64,000 nucleotides of DNA from a bacterium (GTDB lineage Bacteria; Zhuqueibacterota; Zhuqueibacteria; Residuimicrobiales; Oceaniaggregativiventaceae), in the NCBI GenBank assembly GCA_029565675.1, contig JAKQNP010000003.1, positions 79,197-143,196 of the forward strand. Direction: 5' to 3'. This document shows, in pieces, positions 1 through 9,969 of the stretch. The position numbers and the translations under genes are program-made. Below the pieces are notes generated by a model. That model saw nothing but the letters and a program-made list of their open reading frames with translations. It ran no database searches and was not told where the DNA came from. The first letter of the stretch is position 1. The number at the start of each line of letters is the position of its first letter.

Positions 1-1930
1 AGGCGCTGATGCTTTTTTGCCGATAACGAGTGTTGTTGGCCAAATCGACGTCGAGCATGATTTTATGTTCCGGATCAACGGCTGCTTTTTGCACCCCGAC
101 CTCTCCGCTCCATTCGATGCGGTGCCATAGAGACTGGCCATCCCATTGATGCTTTATCGTCTCGCCGTTTTCCAAAGTGATTTCGATATCGACCGGCAAA
201 ATCACTTCACCTCGGCGCTGCACCACAATGCTGTTCCATAAAAGCTTCTCATCAGCTGTGGCCTTTTTGCTGGCTCCCGCTTCGTGTTCGCCAAAGAATC
301 CCTTCTCTGCGATTGCCGGTCTGGACTCGACTCTATCCACGGCATAATCGCAGCGAGATCCTGTTTGCAGGGCACGGTGTAAAAAGTCGTTCAGATCGAT
401 TGGGCTGATTTCTTTCACCACCTGGATGAAATCTTCTGGTTTGGGGTGAGCAAAACGAAACCGCTGGCTATAGGTCTTGATGATCTGACTAAAAGTTTCT
501 TCTCCGAGGATGCCTTCCAATGTCCACATTACGAGTGCAGCTTTGGTATAGCTGTTGGTCATATAGCTGCGGTGATCGATAAAAGCTGAGCTCGGCTGGT
601 CGATGATATCGCGGCCGTTCTGCGGCAGAAAGTCGCGCCATTGACGCAAACGCGCATGATAGGCCAATCCTGGTATGGTGAGCGGAATTCCAAACCCGTC
701 GAGTTTGAGATAAATCGATTGTTGCGGCAACAGGCCATAGGCGGCATTCATCGCTCGTGCTTCAGTAAAAGAGTTGATTCCTTCATCGAGCCAGGCATGT
801 TGCGCCTCGTTGTTGGCCACCATTCCATACCAAAACTGGTGTCCGCATTCATGTACGATCAGTGATTCCAGGCTGAGTGAAGCTCTATTCTCTTGGGTAA
901 CCTCAATGGTAAAGAGAGTGGGATATTCCATGCCGCCGATATTCGACCGCCATGGTGCATCCACGATGGTCAGATTTTGATACGGATAGGGAACCGTCCA
1001 TAGCCCATAATATTTGAGAGCATTTTCGGTTGCTTTGATGATCCGATCGGCCAGAGGTTCATTGAACGATTGTACCAATAAAATGAGCTCTACCGGAGGC
1101 AGTTCGGGATGTTGAAAGGTATGGCGTCGCATCCGGTAATTTTTACCCGCCATCCAAGCAAAATCGTGAACACAGTTTTGCGCAAAGCGATATTTGACAA
1201 AACCATCGCTCACCAGTGAGTCCTGCAAAACTCCGGTTGCGCCGACCTGATAACCGCTTGGAATCTCCAGGTCGACAGAAAACGAGCCAAAGTTGGCGTA
1301 AAACTCGCCGTCGCGATGGTAAGGTTCACAATGCCAAAGATCCTGTTCAAGAACGCCGATTTTGGGATACCATTGAGAGACAAAGAAAAAATTGTCCTGA
1401 TAACCCGAGCGCAGAATACTGCGCGGCAATTTGGTGGTAAAGTCAAAGTCCATAACTACACTCTCGCCGGCATTTATCGGCCGCGGCAGAGTCACACAAA
1501 AGACGGTTTCGTCGTCGTCAACTTTTCCGTTCGGAGTGCGATATTCCAGAGAAGGTCGCAAATCGATTTTTTGAAGATCCCGACCCAACTGGGCAGTGCA
1601 CGACTGAATGTCCATGTAGCCAAATTCATCATCCTGAAATTGCTCGATCTGGGACTTGCCCGGTTTGCTCCAACGCGCCTGTTCGCGAAACAACAGACTG
1701 GAGCTGTTTTTAAATGCATTCGGGTATGCATGAAAATATAGCTCGGCCACCGGACGTCCACCGGGATGAGTCCAGCGCAACATCAGTTTTCCTTCGACGG
1801 TTTTGAGCGATGGATTCAATTTTGCCGATATATGATAGTCGACCACCGACTGACACGCCGTAGGCTCGATCTGCGCCTTGGCCGAATTCAACAGCAAAAA
1901 AATACCAACAATAAAGCAAACCTTTTTCAT
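1..1930 (-). CDS. M1-family (gluzincin) zinc metallopeptidase, aminopeptidase N-like; partial, the C-terminus runs off the window start
   Basis: Minus-strand ATG at 1930-1928 opens MKKVCFIVGIFLLLNSAKAQ (signal peptide). The frame stays open to position 1, so it is absent from the ORF track (no stop in the window). Hand translation of ~790-880 gives VHECGHQFWYGMVANNEAQHAWLDEG, which is the HEXXH-X18-E gluzincin signature. Confidence 0.8.
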   Translation of the reverse strand, partial: MKKVCFIVGIFLLLNSAKAQIEPTACQSVVDYHISAKLNPSLKTVEGKLMLRWTHPGGRPVAELYFHAYPNAFKNSSSLLFREQARWSKPGKSQIEQFQDDEFGYMDIQSCTAQLGRDLQKIDLRPSLEYRTPNGKVDDDETVFCVTLPRPINAGESVVMDFDFTTKLPRSILRSGYQDNFFFVSQWYPKIGVLEQDLWHCEPYHRDGEFYANFGSFSVDLEIPSGYQVGATGVLQDSLVSDGFVKYRFAQNCVHDFAWMAGKNYRMRRHTFQHPELPPVELILLVQSFNEPLADRIIKATENALKYYGLWTVPYPYQNLTIVDAPWRSNIGGMEYPTLFTIEVTQENRASLSLESLIVHECGHQFWYGMVANNEAQHAWLDEGINSFTEARAMNAAYGLLPQQSIYLKLDGFGIPLTIPGLAYHARLRQWRDFLPQNGRDIIDQPSSAFIDHRSYMTNSYTKAALVMWTLEGILGEETFSQIIKTYSQRFRFAHPKPEDFIQVVKEISPIDLNDFLHRALQTGSRCDYAVDRVESRPAIAEKGFFGEHEAGASKKATADEKLLWNSIVVQRRGEVILPVDIEITLENGETIKHQWDGQSLWHRIEWSGEVGVQKAAVDPEHKIMLDVDLANNTRYRQKSISA

Positions 1931-2078
1931 AGGCTCTCCAAAAATGATAACACTTTGCCAGTAAACCGCAGCCAGCCCTTCGAGTTAAAGCAGCAACGTT
2001 TCTTCTCCTGGCGATCAGAATGGGATAGAACGCCAGCAGCCCAGCGATTAAGGTACAAACAGATTGAGAAAATCGGGA

Positions 2079-2912
2079 TCATCGATCGCGCAGATTGACA
2101 ATATGATAGCCAAAATCGAACTGATGGCGATGCTGATGGGCAAACGCTTCTGCATCGCTTCGGGTCAAAAAGCGGCCAATCAATACTGCATAGAGGCGTT
2201 CTTTGGGATAGATTTCAACCTCGAATCCCTGTTCTGCCATTCGATCGGCTATCTGCTGAGCATTTTTGTGAACCTCAAATGCTCCGATTTGAATCCGATA
2301 AAAATCGCTGACAGTCTGAGGTTCCTGTTGCTGCCAAAGTTGGGAGGATTCGAGGTCCAATACAGCAACATCTACATAGGGCGAATGCGGGTACCTTTTG
2401 ATGAAACTTTTCAGAAAGGCACGTGCTGAATCGATCTCTCCCTTCGCCAACAACGTCTGACCATACAGAAAAACAGCATCATCTATCAAACTTGAACCGG
2501 GGTAACCCTTGATCATTTGAACATTCGTCTGCCTGCATTCATCGTATTGTCCCAGATGATAGCGATATTGTGCCAGGCGAAAGAGTGCCTGATCGGCATA
2601 TTCGCTTTGGAGAGCGGCAACCCGCTCATAGAGCTGGGCGGCGCGGCCGGCATCTTTTTCCATGATGGCCTGTAAAAATAGGACGGCAGGGTGGTTAGGG
2701 CGGCTCTGGCTGACCTGGGGCAATACCTTGGCAAGATCAGCAAAACGTTGCTCTTCATAAAGCTGTTTGATTACGTCAATCGGATCCGCGTGAACAGTTC
2801 TGAGCGGTGCAAAGAACCAAAATGCCATCAGTCCGACAAGAAAAGCGGTGTTGCACGATTTCAGCAGGGCAAAGGATACAGCGCCTCGCTTGCCGATCAC
2901 AGAGTCAATCAC
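2079..2912 (-). CDS. TPR-repeat protein with a C-terminal SPOR (septal peptidoglycan-binding) domain
   Basis: An N-terminal hydrophobic segment and TPR-like helical repeats (AQLYERVAALQSEYADQALFRLAQYRY...). The C-terminal ~75 aa (YRIQIGAFEVHKNAQQIADRMAEQGFEVEIYPKERLYAVLIGRF) match the SPOR pattern. GTG start. Confidence 0.7.
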   Translation of the reverse strand: MIDSVIGKRGAVSFALLKSCNTAFLVGLMAFWFFAPLRTVHADPIDVIKQLYEEQRFADLAKVLPQVSQSRPNHPAVLFLQAIMEKDAGRAAQLYERVAALQSEYADQALFRLAQYRYHLGQYDECRQTNVQMIKGYPGSSLIDDAVFLYGQTLLAKGEIDSARAFLKSFIKRYPHSPYVDVAVLDLESSQLWQQQEPQTVSDFYRIQIGAFEVHKNAQQIADRMAEQGFEVEIYPKERLYAVLIGRFLTRSDAEAFAHQHRHQFDFGYHIVNLRDR

Positions 2913-4059
2913 GGCTTATCTCCAGCGTATTCCATTTGGCACAGGAATGGCAGCGGGCACGGTATTCGTCTGCGACCGCACCGCAGGATGAACAGATATA
3001 GCGATGCTTGGCCACGAGCAAGTTGTTGGCCAACTCGCTGGCAAGCTCCATGGCAGTGTCACAGCGTCCGAGTTTGTTGTACAAACGAATCAGAATCATT
3101 TTGTGGTCGATGCGCGAGGGATCGCTTGCAATGGCTTGTTTGCATGCCTCAACAGCGCGCAAGAATTCACCTTTTTTCTCATAGATTTCAGCGAGACCAA
3201 GGTAGCCTTCGACGATTTCAGGGTGATCGCGGGTCAATTCCAAAAATACGGTCTGCAGATCACCAAAGTGGCCCAATTCGAACAAGGTTTGTCGTAGACG
3301 GGAAAATGCCAGAAAAGATTTCTCAGAATTGCTGCGAATAAACTTTTTTAAAACAACGAGCGCATCATTGGCGCGATTTTCGCGAACATAGCTGTCTGAA
3401 AGACTCAGATAGGCTGGCGTAAACGAGGGATTTTCCTTGATCGATTCGCGAAAACGCAACCGCGCATCATGCTCGCGTTTGAGATGAGTCAGCTGGACGC
3501 CTTGTTCATATTTGTAAGCGGCCATCTGTGTTTTCTTTTCCAATTTGTTCAGACGGCCATTTTTTTTGGTAATGTCATAGGCCCCCTGCCAATCGCCCAT
3601 CTCTTCATAGACCGCCAACTCTTTGCTCAATGCCCACTCGTCTTTGTGAGCGAGATCCAAAATTTGCTGTAAGACAACCTGTGCATTTTTCCATTCCTGA
3701 ACTGCAATATAATCCTCAGCAAGGGAACGCAAAATTGCCAGACGCTGCGTTTTTTTCAACGAGGGGCGGATCAGCAGATCTCGATGAATCTTGATTGCCT
3801 TCAGAGCATCACCTTCACTGCGCAAAATATCGCCGATTTTAAGATAGCCGTCGATATAATCTGTGTCGAGTCGCACAGTGCGGCGAAATTTCTCCAGAGC
3901 GCCGGTTTTATCTCCTGCGATCAGAGCATGCAAACCGGCGATATATTCAGACTGCGCTTCAACCTGTTGCCGGCTTTTATGCCGCCTTAAGAAGATCAGT
4001 AAGAACAGAATCAGCGTCCCTGTTAGAACAAGCAGCGGCAACAGCAACTCTTGATTCAT
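2905..4059 (-). CDS. lapB: Lipopolysaccharide assembly protein LapB (YciM): N-terminal TM, TPR repeats, C-terminal rubredoxin-like zinc finger
   Basis: An N-terminal TM helix, multiple TPR repeats and a terminal CSSCG...CHSC metal-binding motif. It sits immediately downstream of a lapA-like gene. There is a GGGGAG SD before the ATG. Confidence 0.85.
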   Translation of the reverse strand: MNQELLLPLLVLTGTLILFLLIFLRRHKSRQQVEAQSEYIAGLHALIAGDKTGALEKFRRTVRLDTDYIDGYLKIGDILRSEGDALKAIKIHRDLLIRPSLKKTQRLAILRSLAEDYIAVQEWKNAQVVLQQILDLAHKDEWALSKELAVYEEMGDWQGAYDITKKNGRLNKLEKKTQMAAYKYEQGVQLTHLKREHDARLRFRESIKENPSFTPAYLSLSDSYVRENRANDALVVLKKFIRSNSEKSFLAFSRLRQTLFELGHFGDLQTVFLELTRDHPEIVEGYLGLAEIYEKKGEFLRAVEACKQAIASDPSRIDHKMILIRLYNKLGRCDTAMELASELANNLLVAKHRYICSSCGAVADEYRARCHSCAKWNTLEISRD

Positions 4060-4062
4060 TTC

Positions 4063-4416
4063 TTACTCCCCGGCCGTTTGCCTCGGTTTGGTTGCGGAAT
4101 CGGCGTGGTTTGGCTTTGGTATGACCGAATCGTCAATAGAGGCATTTCTCAGAGAATCTAACTCGAGGCGCAAATTCTTGCTTTCCTTGTGTTGCTTGTG
4201 CAATTGCCGTTTTAACGAGACAATTCTGCCAATCGATACAACCAGCCAAAAGAGCAAACCGGCAACAAAGGACGCGTACATCACCACCCACAAGGGCAGC
4301 TCGATCGATCGATATTGGTAAAATTGCACTGCGACTCTCTGGGTTGTATTCTGCATGGCAAAACCGATGATCAGAATGACAACCGCTGCGATCAAAAGCC
4401 ATTTAATCACCCACAT
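4063..4416 (-). CDS. lapA: Lipopolysaccharide assembly protein LapA (YciS, DUF1049 family) small inner-membrane protein
   Basis: 117 aa with two TM helices and a charged coiled C-terminus. It is paired directly with lapB (4 bp gap), as in the yciS-yciM pair. There is a GGAGG SD. Confidence 0.7.
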   Translation of the reverse strand: MWVIKWLLIAAVVILIIGFAMQNTTQRVAVQFYQYRSIELPLWVVMYASFVAGLLFWLVVSIGRIVSLKRQLHKQHKESKNLRLELDSLRNASIDDSVIPKPNHADSATKPRQTAGE

Positions 4417-4783
4417 TATGCCTCCAAGATGTTGAGCAATAATGTATGTTCCGGTTTTTACTCAGAATCGGTGCCGCGCACCGAATTCGGGTAGCTATTT
4501 GATTGATCCGATTGATTTCTGCGCTTCGCCTTGATGCGAAGGTCTTGTCGCAGCGTTATGCAATTTGTTGTAATGCAACAACTTTAAAAGTAAACAAATA
4601 ATTCAAGGATTTCAACAACTAAATCGCCGGGTTGGAATTCTCCTGCTTTTTTTGAATGAATACAAGCCGGCGAATTGCCGGCAAAAAGAGATCGGTTCGT
4701 GCCCAGCAGAGCAAAACCTTGTGTTCCTCCAGCTTTGCAGCAGGCAAAGACACATCGCTAATAAAAATCGAGAGATTTCGGGT

Positions 4784-4817
4784 AAAAAAAAACTGCCCCG
4801 CTTTTTGGACGGGGCAG
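4784..4817 (-). terminator. Rho-independent terminator downstream of rpsA
   Basis: An 8-bp GC-rich stem CTGCCCCG/CGGGGCAG (4793-4800/4810-4817) with a 9-nt loop. On the minus strand it is followed by a 9-nt U run (A run at 4784-4792). It lies 23 bp after the rpsA stop. Confidence 0.65.
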
Positions 4818-4839
4818 CTCTTTTGCGATCGGTGCAAGG

Positions 4840-6816
4840 CTATTCGGATGCTTGTTCTTCTGCCGGCGATTCTGCCTCGCCGGATTCTGGCTGGGCAGCT
4901 TTTTTGCTCTTTCTCCCGGAAGAAGCCTTCTTTTCGACAGGAGCCTCTTCGGACTTTTCCTCTGCCGCCACAGGCTCCTCTTTCGGAGCGGTCACAGCTG
5001 TTCCAGCTGCGGCTTCAGTCGACGGTTTGCGCGAAGCATCTTTTTCCGACAGAACGATCTTTTTGTTGTCTTTGTTGAATTCGATAACCGATAAAGTCAG
5101 AACATCATCGATTTGGTATTGATCCGCTGGTTTGCTGATATTTTCTTTAGCCAATTGGCTAAGCGGAACAAAACCATCGACGATTTCAGGCAGCTCGACG
5201 ATCAAACCTTTTTCGATCAACCGCACAACTTTGCCTTCGGTCAATGTACCTGGCTTGTAGCGATCTTCGAGCGTATCCCATGGATTGTCTTTGGTCTGCT
5301 TGTAGCCGAGGGAAATCCGGCGGTTGTTTTTGTCGACATTCAGAATAACGACTTCAACTTCTTCGCCTTTTTTTACCACCTCACCAGGATGACGGATCTT
5401 CTTGGTCCAGGACAGGTCGGAAATATGGATCAGACCGTCTATTCCCTCTTCCAGTTCCACAAACGCGCCAAAATTGGTCAAATTGCGAACGATGCCCTTA
5501 TGGGCGGTGCCCACCGGATATTTTTCGGACAGGGTTTCCCAGGGATCCGGCTCCAATTGCTTGAGCCCCAAAGAGATCTTGCGATCGTCCTTCTGAATGT
5601 TGAGAACTCTGACCTGGATGGTCTCACCGACGCTGAGTATCTTGGACGGATGCTTGATATGCTGAGTCCACGACATCTCCGAGATGTGAATCAGGCCTTC
5701 AACGCCTTTTTCGAGCTCGATAAAAGCGCCATAGTCGGAAATGCTGACGACTTTGCCTTTAACGGTCGAGCCGACCGGATACTTGGTCTCCACACCTTCC
5801 CATGGATGCGGCTGCAGCTGTTTGAGACCCAAAGAAATGCGGTCTTTGGCTTCATTGAAATCGAGCACAACGACCTTGATCTTTTGATCCAGGGAGACGA
5901 TCTCTGACGGATGCGAAACGCGTCCCCAGGAGAGATCGTTGATGTGCAGCAATCCATCGACACCGCCGAGATCGATAAAAACACCAAAGTCGGTGATATT
6001 CTTGACTGTGCCTTCGAGTATCTGACCGCGTTCGAGATCGCGCAAGATCTTTTCCCGCTGACCTTTTAATTCTTGCTCGACCAACACGCGATGGGAAACC
6101 ACGATATTCTTGCGCATATGGTTGACTTTAACGATCTTGAATTCCATATTCCGGCCGATGAGCGCATCGAAATCGCGGATCGGACGGACATCGATCTGCG
6201 AACCCGGCAGAAAAGCATCGACACCGCCCAGATCGACAACGATGCCTCCCTTGATGCGCCTGGCACAGCGGCCTTCAATAATTTCGCTGTTTTCATACTT
6301 GTTGATCAGCCGATCCCAGGCTTGCATAAAGTCAGCTTTCTTTTTCGACAACACCAGCAAGCCTTCTGCATCTTCGATGTCGTCGATATACACCTCAATA
6401 TTGTCCCCAACTATCACATCGCTGGGATCGGTAAATTCTTCAACCGGAACTGTTCCTTCCGACTTGAAGCCGATGTCGATCGAAACTTCCTTGTCATTGA
6501 CGGCCAAGACTTTGCCGACCACAACTTGCCCGACAGAAAAATCGGACATGGTTTCTTCGTACAATTTGGTCAGCGTTTCGTATTCCTGCTGCGAATACTC
6601 TTGCTCCAACTTGTCCAGTTCTGCAATATCCTGATAAATGGTCTCCTTGGCCTCGGCAGCTTTTTTGCCGATGCTTTTGGATTTGGTGATTTGGGCTTCT
6701 GCCTTTTTCGGAGCCTCTTCAACGATGGGCTGCTGCTCTTCGGCACCGGCTTCTTGGGCAGAGTTTTGCATGTTCAGATTTTCATCTGAGGTTTCGGGGT
6801 TGGTTTGTTTGTTCAT
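4840..6816 (-). CDS. rpsA: 30S ribosomal protein S1 with a low-complexity E/K/A/P-rich C-terminal tail
   Basis: Multiple tandem S1 domains (GxVxGxV ... IHISE / HISD repeats). A strong AAGGAGG SD upstream. 658 aa. Confidence 0.95.
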   Translation of the reverse strand: MNKQTNPETSDENLNMQNSAQEAGAEEQQPIVEEAPKKAEAQITKSKSIGKKAAEAKETIYQDIAELDKLEQEYSQQEYETLTKLYEETMSDFSVGQVVVGKVLAVNDKEVSIDIGFKSEGTVPVEEFTDPSDVIVGDNIEVYIDDIEDAEGLLVLSKKKADFMQAWDRLINKYENSEIIEGRCARRIKGGIVVDLGGVDAFLPGSQIDVRPIRDFDALIGRNMEFKIVKVNHMRKNIVVSHRVLVEQELKGQREKILRDLERGQILEGTVKNITDFGVFIDLGGVDGLLHINDLSWGRVSHPSEIVSLDQKIKVVVLDFNEAKDRISLGLKQLQPHPWEGVETKYPVGSTVKGKVVSISDYGAFIELEKGVEGLIHISEMSWTQHIKHPSKILSVGETIQVRVLNIQKDDRKISLGLKQLEPDPWETLSEKYPVGTAHKGIVRNLTNFGAFVELEEGIDGLIHISDLSWTKKIRHPGEVVKKGEEVEVVILNVDKNNRRISLGYKQTKDNPWDTLEDRYKPGTLTEGKVVRLIEKGLIVELPEIVDGFVPLSQLAKENISKPADQYQIDDVLTLSVIEFNKDNKKIVLSEKDASRKPSTEAAAGTAVTAPKEEPVAAEEKSEEAPVEKKASSGRKSKKAAQPESGEAESPAEEQASE

Positions 6817-7014
6817 GATTTAATTGTTACCTCCTTTTTAGTGGATTTACGTCCTTAATGGACGGTTTGATAAGAAAAAGTTGCAACTGCCGCTGATTGC
6901 AGACTGCGCTGGTCGCTACAATAGTGGCAAACCGCATTCGGCAGCGTCTATCGCTCGACAAAACCTGCGGTTCAGTGTTAATCCGCAGTATTCTTTATCG
7001 ATATTGCTAAATGG

Positions 7015-7881
7015 CTATCCGGGCTTCGAAAATCGCTCTTGCAGCTCCTGCGCCACATTTTCGAGCTGCCAAATCGGGGTGGATAGGCCACCGGTTATAC
7101 CCACTGTTTCTGCGAGTTCAAACCATTCCGCTCGACACTCACCCGCTTCTTCAATCCGATAGGTGCGGCGATTGGTTTTTCTGCAAACATCATAGAGAAC
7201 GCCCGTATTCGAACTCGATTTCCCGCCGACAACCAAAACCACGTCAACCTGTCCGGCAAAGGTGCGCAAAAGATCATAGCGATTGTTCACAAAGCTGCAG
7301 GTGGTGTCCAGAACGACCGGATTAAAACCTCGTTCTTTCAGGGCATCCTGTACAGCAAAAAACAGCTCGCGTTTGACGGTCGTCTGGGCGATCAGCGCCA
7401 TTTTTCCGCCTGCCGCCAGAGCTTTTACATCTTCCGGCTTTTCAAGAACAAAAACTGGCCCACGGGCATGCCCGACCAGCCCGATCACTTCGGGATGCTC
7501 GCGTTTGCCGACGATTAAAACAACTGTACCCTCTCCGCTGAGCTGAGCAACCATTTTCTGCACACGGGCAACTTTTGGACAGGTGGCATCGACCACTTCG
7601 CTGGCCAATTCCTCGAGCCGACTGCGAGTCTGGGCGGCAAGTCCATGCGAACGAATCAAAACGCGATTTCCCCGCCACTCTTCCGATGGCGGTTTTCCGG
7701 CATCGCCCTGTTCAATCGTTTTCAAACCTTGACCAGCCAACCGCTCTACTTCGGCCGGGTTGTGCACCAACGGCCCATAGGCTAGAATTGTGCCTCCTTG
7801 CAGAGCTTTCTCAGCCAGGCGAATCGCCCGCTGAACTCCAGGACAAAATCCGGCGTGCGGATCGATCAGGAACTGCATCAT
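7015..7881 (-). CDS. ispH: 4-hydroxy-3-methylbut-2-enyl diphosphate reductase (IspH/LytB)
   Basis: N-terminal DPHAGFCPGVQRAIRLAE and conserved Cys-containing segments (ATCPKV, TTCSFVNNR) typical of IspH. 288 aa. Confidence 0.9.
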   Translation of the reverse strand: MMQFLIDPHAGFCPGVQRAIRLAEKALQGGTILAYGPLVHNPAEVERLAGQGLKTIEQGDAGKPPSEEWRGNRVLIRSHGLAAQTRSRLEELASEVVDATCPKVARVQKMVAQLSGEGTVVLIVGKREHPEVIGLVGHARGPVFVLEKPEDVKALAAGGKMALIAQTTVKRELFFAVQDALKERGFNPVVLDTTCSFVNNRYDLLRTFAGQVDVVLVVGGKSSSNTGVLYDVCRKTNRRTYRIEEAGECRAEWFELAETVGITGGLSTPIWQLENVAQELQERFSKPG

Positions 7882-8567
7882 TCCATCCGCTCTTTCGCAA
7901 GGCGCACCACCCGATCAACTTGCTCATCGATGGTCAAATCGCCGGTATCAAGCTCCACCGCTCCCTTGGCACGGCGCAGCGGGCTGTGCTCGCGATTTGA
8001 GTCATTGGCATCGCGCAACAATAAAGCGCTGTAGATCGCTGCAAAATCCGCTTCCACGCCCTGCTCAGCCAATTCCGTTACCCGCCTTCGAGCTCGCACT
8101 TTGGCAGGAGCATTCAAATAGATTTTAAGATCGGCATTTGGGAAAACCACCGTTCCGATGTCGCGCCCCTCAGCCACCAGATTGCCGAGTTTGCCAAATA
8201 CCCGTTGTTTTTCCACCAAAATCTTGCGAACCACGGGATTGGCGGCAATCGGCGCAATAGCATTGGTAACATCGGGCAGGCGGATCTGCCGGGTGATATC
8301 CTGGCCATTGACAAAGATCAACTGTTTGCCATCCTGCTGACGAAAGTCGATTACCGCCTTTTCAGCCAGGACGGCAAGCGCGGATGAATCGTTCAAGGCG
8401 ACCTTGTTTTCCAGAGCCAACCAGGTCACCGCGCGATACATGGCACCCGAATCGAGAAAGAAAAATCCCAACCGTTGTGCAACTTTGCGGGCTGTGGTGC
8501 TCTTGCCCGAGCCAGCTGGACCGTCTATGGCAATGATAAAAAATTTACCTGCCTTTTTGCGCATCAT
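7878..8567 (-). CDS. cmk: Cytidylate kinase
   Basis: IIAIDGPAGSGKSTTARKVAQRLGFFFLDSGAMYRAVTW P-loop/CMP-binding signature. It overlaps ispH by 4 bp. Confidence 0.95.
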   Translation of the reverse strand: MMRKKAGKFFIIAIDGPAGSGKSTTARKVAQRLGFFFLDSGAMYRAVTWLALENKVALNDSSALAVLAEKAVIDFRQQDGKQLIFVNGQDITRQIRLPDVTNAIAPIAANPVVRKILVEKQRVFGKLGNLVAEGRDIGTVVFPNADLKIYLNAPAKVRARRRVTELAEQGVEADFAAIYSALLLRDANDSNREHSPLRRAKGAVELDTGDLTIDEQVDRVVRLAKERME

Positions 8568-9292
8568 CGCGCCGCTCGTTTGGACAAGCCGACCGCATGC
8601 GACAATGCAGCCACTTCACCTCGAGTCAAATGGCGATAGCGGCCGCGCGCCAAATCACCGATCAGAAGTGGACCGAGTTGTATCCGCTTTAGGCTTTCGA
8701 CCTCATAACCGAGATGTTCGAACATCCGTCTGACCAATCGATTGCGCCCTTCGCGCACATGCAATTCCAACCGATGCGGGTCGCTGTTGTAAAAACCCGC
8801 ATCACAAGGTGCCGTCGGCCCATCCTCCAACTCCATGCCTTTGGCAAAGTGGGCCAGATCCTGGCGCTCAAATGGCCTCGCGAGTTTGACACGATAGACC
8901 TTGATCACTTGATACTTTGGATGCATGAGGCGATAGGCCATTTCGCCATCATCGGTCAGCAACACAAGACCATCGCTTTTGCCATCCAGACGGCCGACCG
9001 GGAAAAGACGAGCTTTCGATTTTACCAGATCGACCACCGTTTTACGGCCTCTTTCATCCTTGGCGCTGGTGATGTAGCCGCGCGGCTTGTTGAGCAGAAT
9101 ATAAGTGAAACGGCTTGCCGGCCGAACGATCTTGCCATCGACGGCAACCTGGTCATATTCCGGCTCGACCTGGGTTGCCAGAGATTCTACCTTTTTACCG
9201 TTCAAAGTGACGCGGGATTGGTTGATCAACTCCTCGACTTTGCGTCGAGCACCCAGTCCACAAAGCGCCAGATAACGGTTAATACGCACCAT
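8564..9292 (-). CDS. rluB: rRNA pseudouridine synthase, RsuA/RluB family (S4 domain + catalytic domain)
   Basis: An N-terminal S4-like RINRYLALCGLGARRKVEELI, then GRLDGKSDGLVLLTDDG with the catalytic Asp. 4-bp overlap with cmk. Confidence 0.85.
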   Translation of the reverse strand: MVRINRYLALCGLGARRKVEELINQSRVTLNGKKVESLATQVEPEYDQVAVDGKIVRPASRFTYILLNKPRGYITSAKDERGRKTVVDLVKSKARLFPVGRLDGKSDGLVLLTDDGEMAYRLMHPKYQVIKVYRVKLARPFERQDLAHFAKGMELEDGPTAPCDAGFYNSDPHRLELHVREGRNRLVRRMFEHLGYEVESLKRIQLGPLLIGDLARGRYRHLTRGEVAALSHAVGLSKRAAR

Positions 9293-9297
9293 TTCGG

Positions 9298-9969
9298 TTA
9301 ATTGTTCTCCTTTTCTGCCGCTGCATCGCCCGGCTCGACATCAGCTCCCTCAGTCGTGCTGGTCGCTTCTTCCTGCACTTTTTCTGCTTCGTCCTGCAAC
9401 AACTGCTCCTCAGGAATATTCTGCAGAATCTTGCCCCCCTCACCTTCAGCCAGCAATTGTTCGATTTCTTTTGGCTTGGGCAGCTCGCTGATGTCGTCGA
9501 TGCCGAAATATTTTAAAAACTCGGCAGTGGTGCGAAAAAGCAAAGCCCTTCCCGGGCCATCATCCCGGCCGCTGATATCGATCAGCCTTCTCTCCAACAA
9601 ACCTTTAATCACCCCATCGGAATCGACGCCGCGAATGGCATTGATCTCGACCCGACTTATAGGCTGTTTAAAGGCGATGATCGCCAGCGTTTCCAGAGCG
9701 GCTCGGCTCAAACGCGATCGCTCTTTGCCGCTAAACATCTTTTTAACGTACGGTGCATATTCCGGCCGTGTAGCCAGGATATAGCCGCCCGCAACTTTTT
9801 TCAAAAAAAAGGCCCGGTTCTGCAGCTCGTCCTGAAGACGCTGCAGCGCATCTTCGATCTCGGCACGTTCCACCCCTTCGACAATCGATTCCATTTGGCG
9901 AATCGACAGAGGCGAATCGGAAGCAAAAATGATCGATTCCAATATGTGTATCAAATCAATCTTATCCAT
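9298..9969 (-). CDS. scpB: Segregation and condensation protein B
   Basis: A winged-helix ScpB pattern (ILESIIFASDSPLSIRQM ... ALETLAIIAFKQPISRVEINAIRGV) with an acidic C-terminal tail. Confidence 0.9.
   Translation of the reverse strand: MDKIDLIHILESIIFASDSPLSIRQMESIVEGVERAEIEDALQRLQDELQNRAFFLKKVAGGYILATRPEYAPYVKKMFSGKERSRLSRAALETLAIIAFKQPISRVEINAIRGVDSDGVIKGLLERRLIDISGRDDGPGRALLFRTTAEFLKYFGIDDISELPKPKEIEQLLAEGEGGKILQNIPEEQLLQDEAEKVQEEATSTTEGADVEPGDAAAEKENN

Noticed and set aside
5113-5907. 264-aa ORF antisense to rpsA
   Set aside because: Lies inside the highly conserved rpsA gene on the opposite strand. No independent support.
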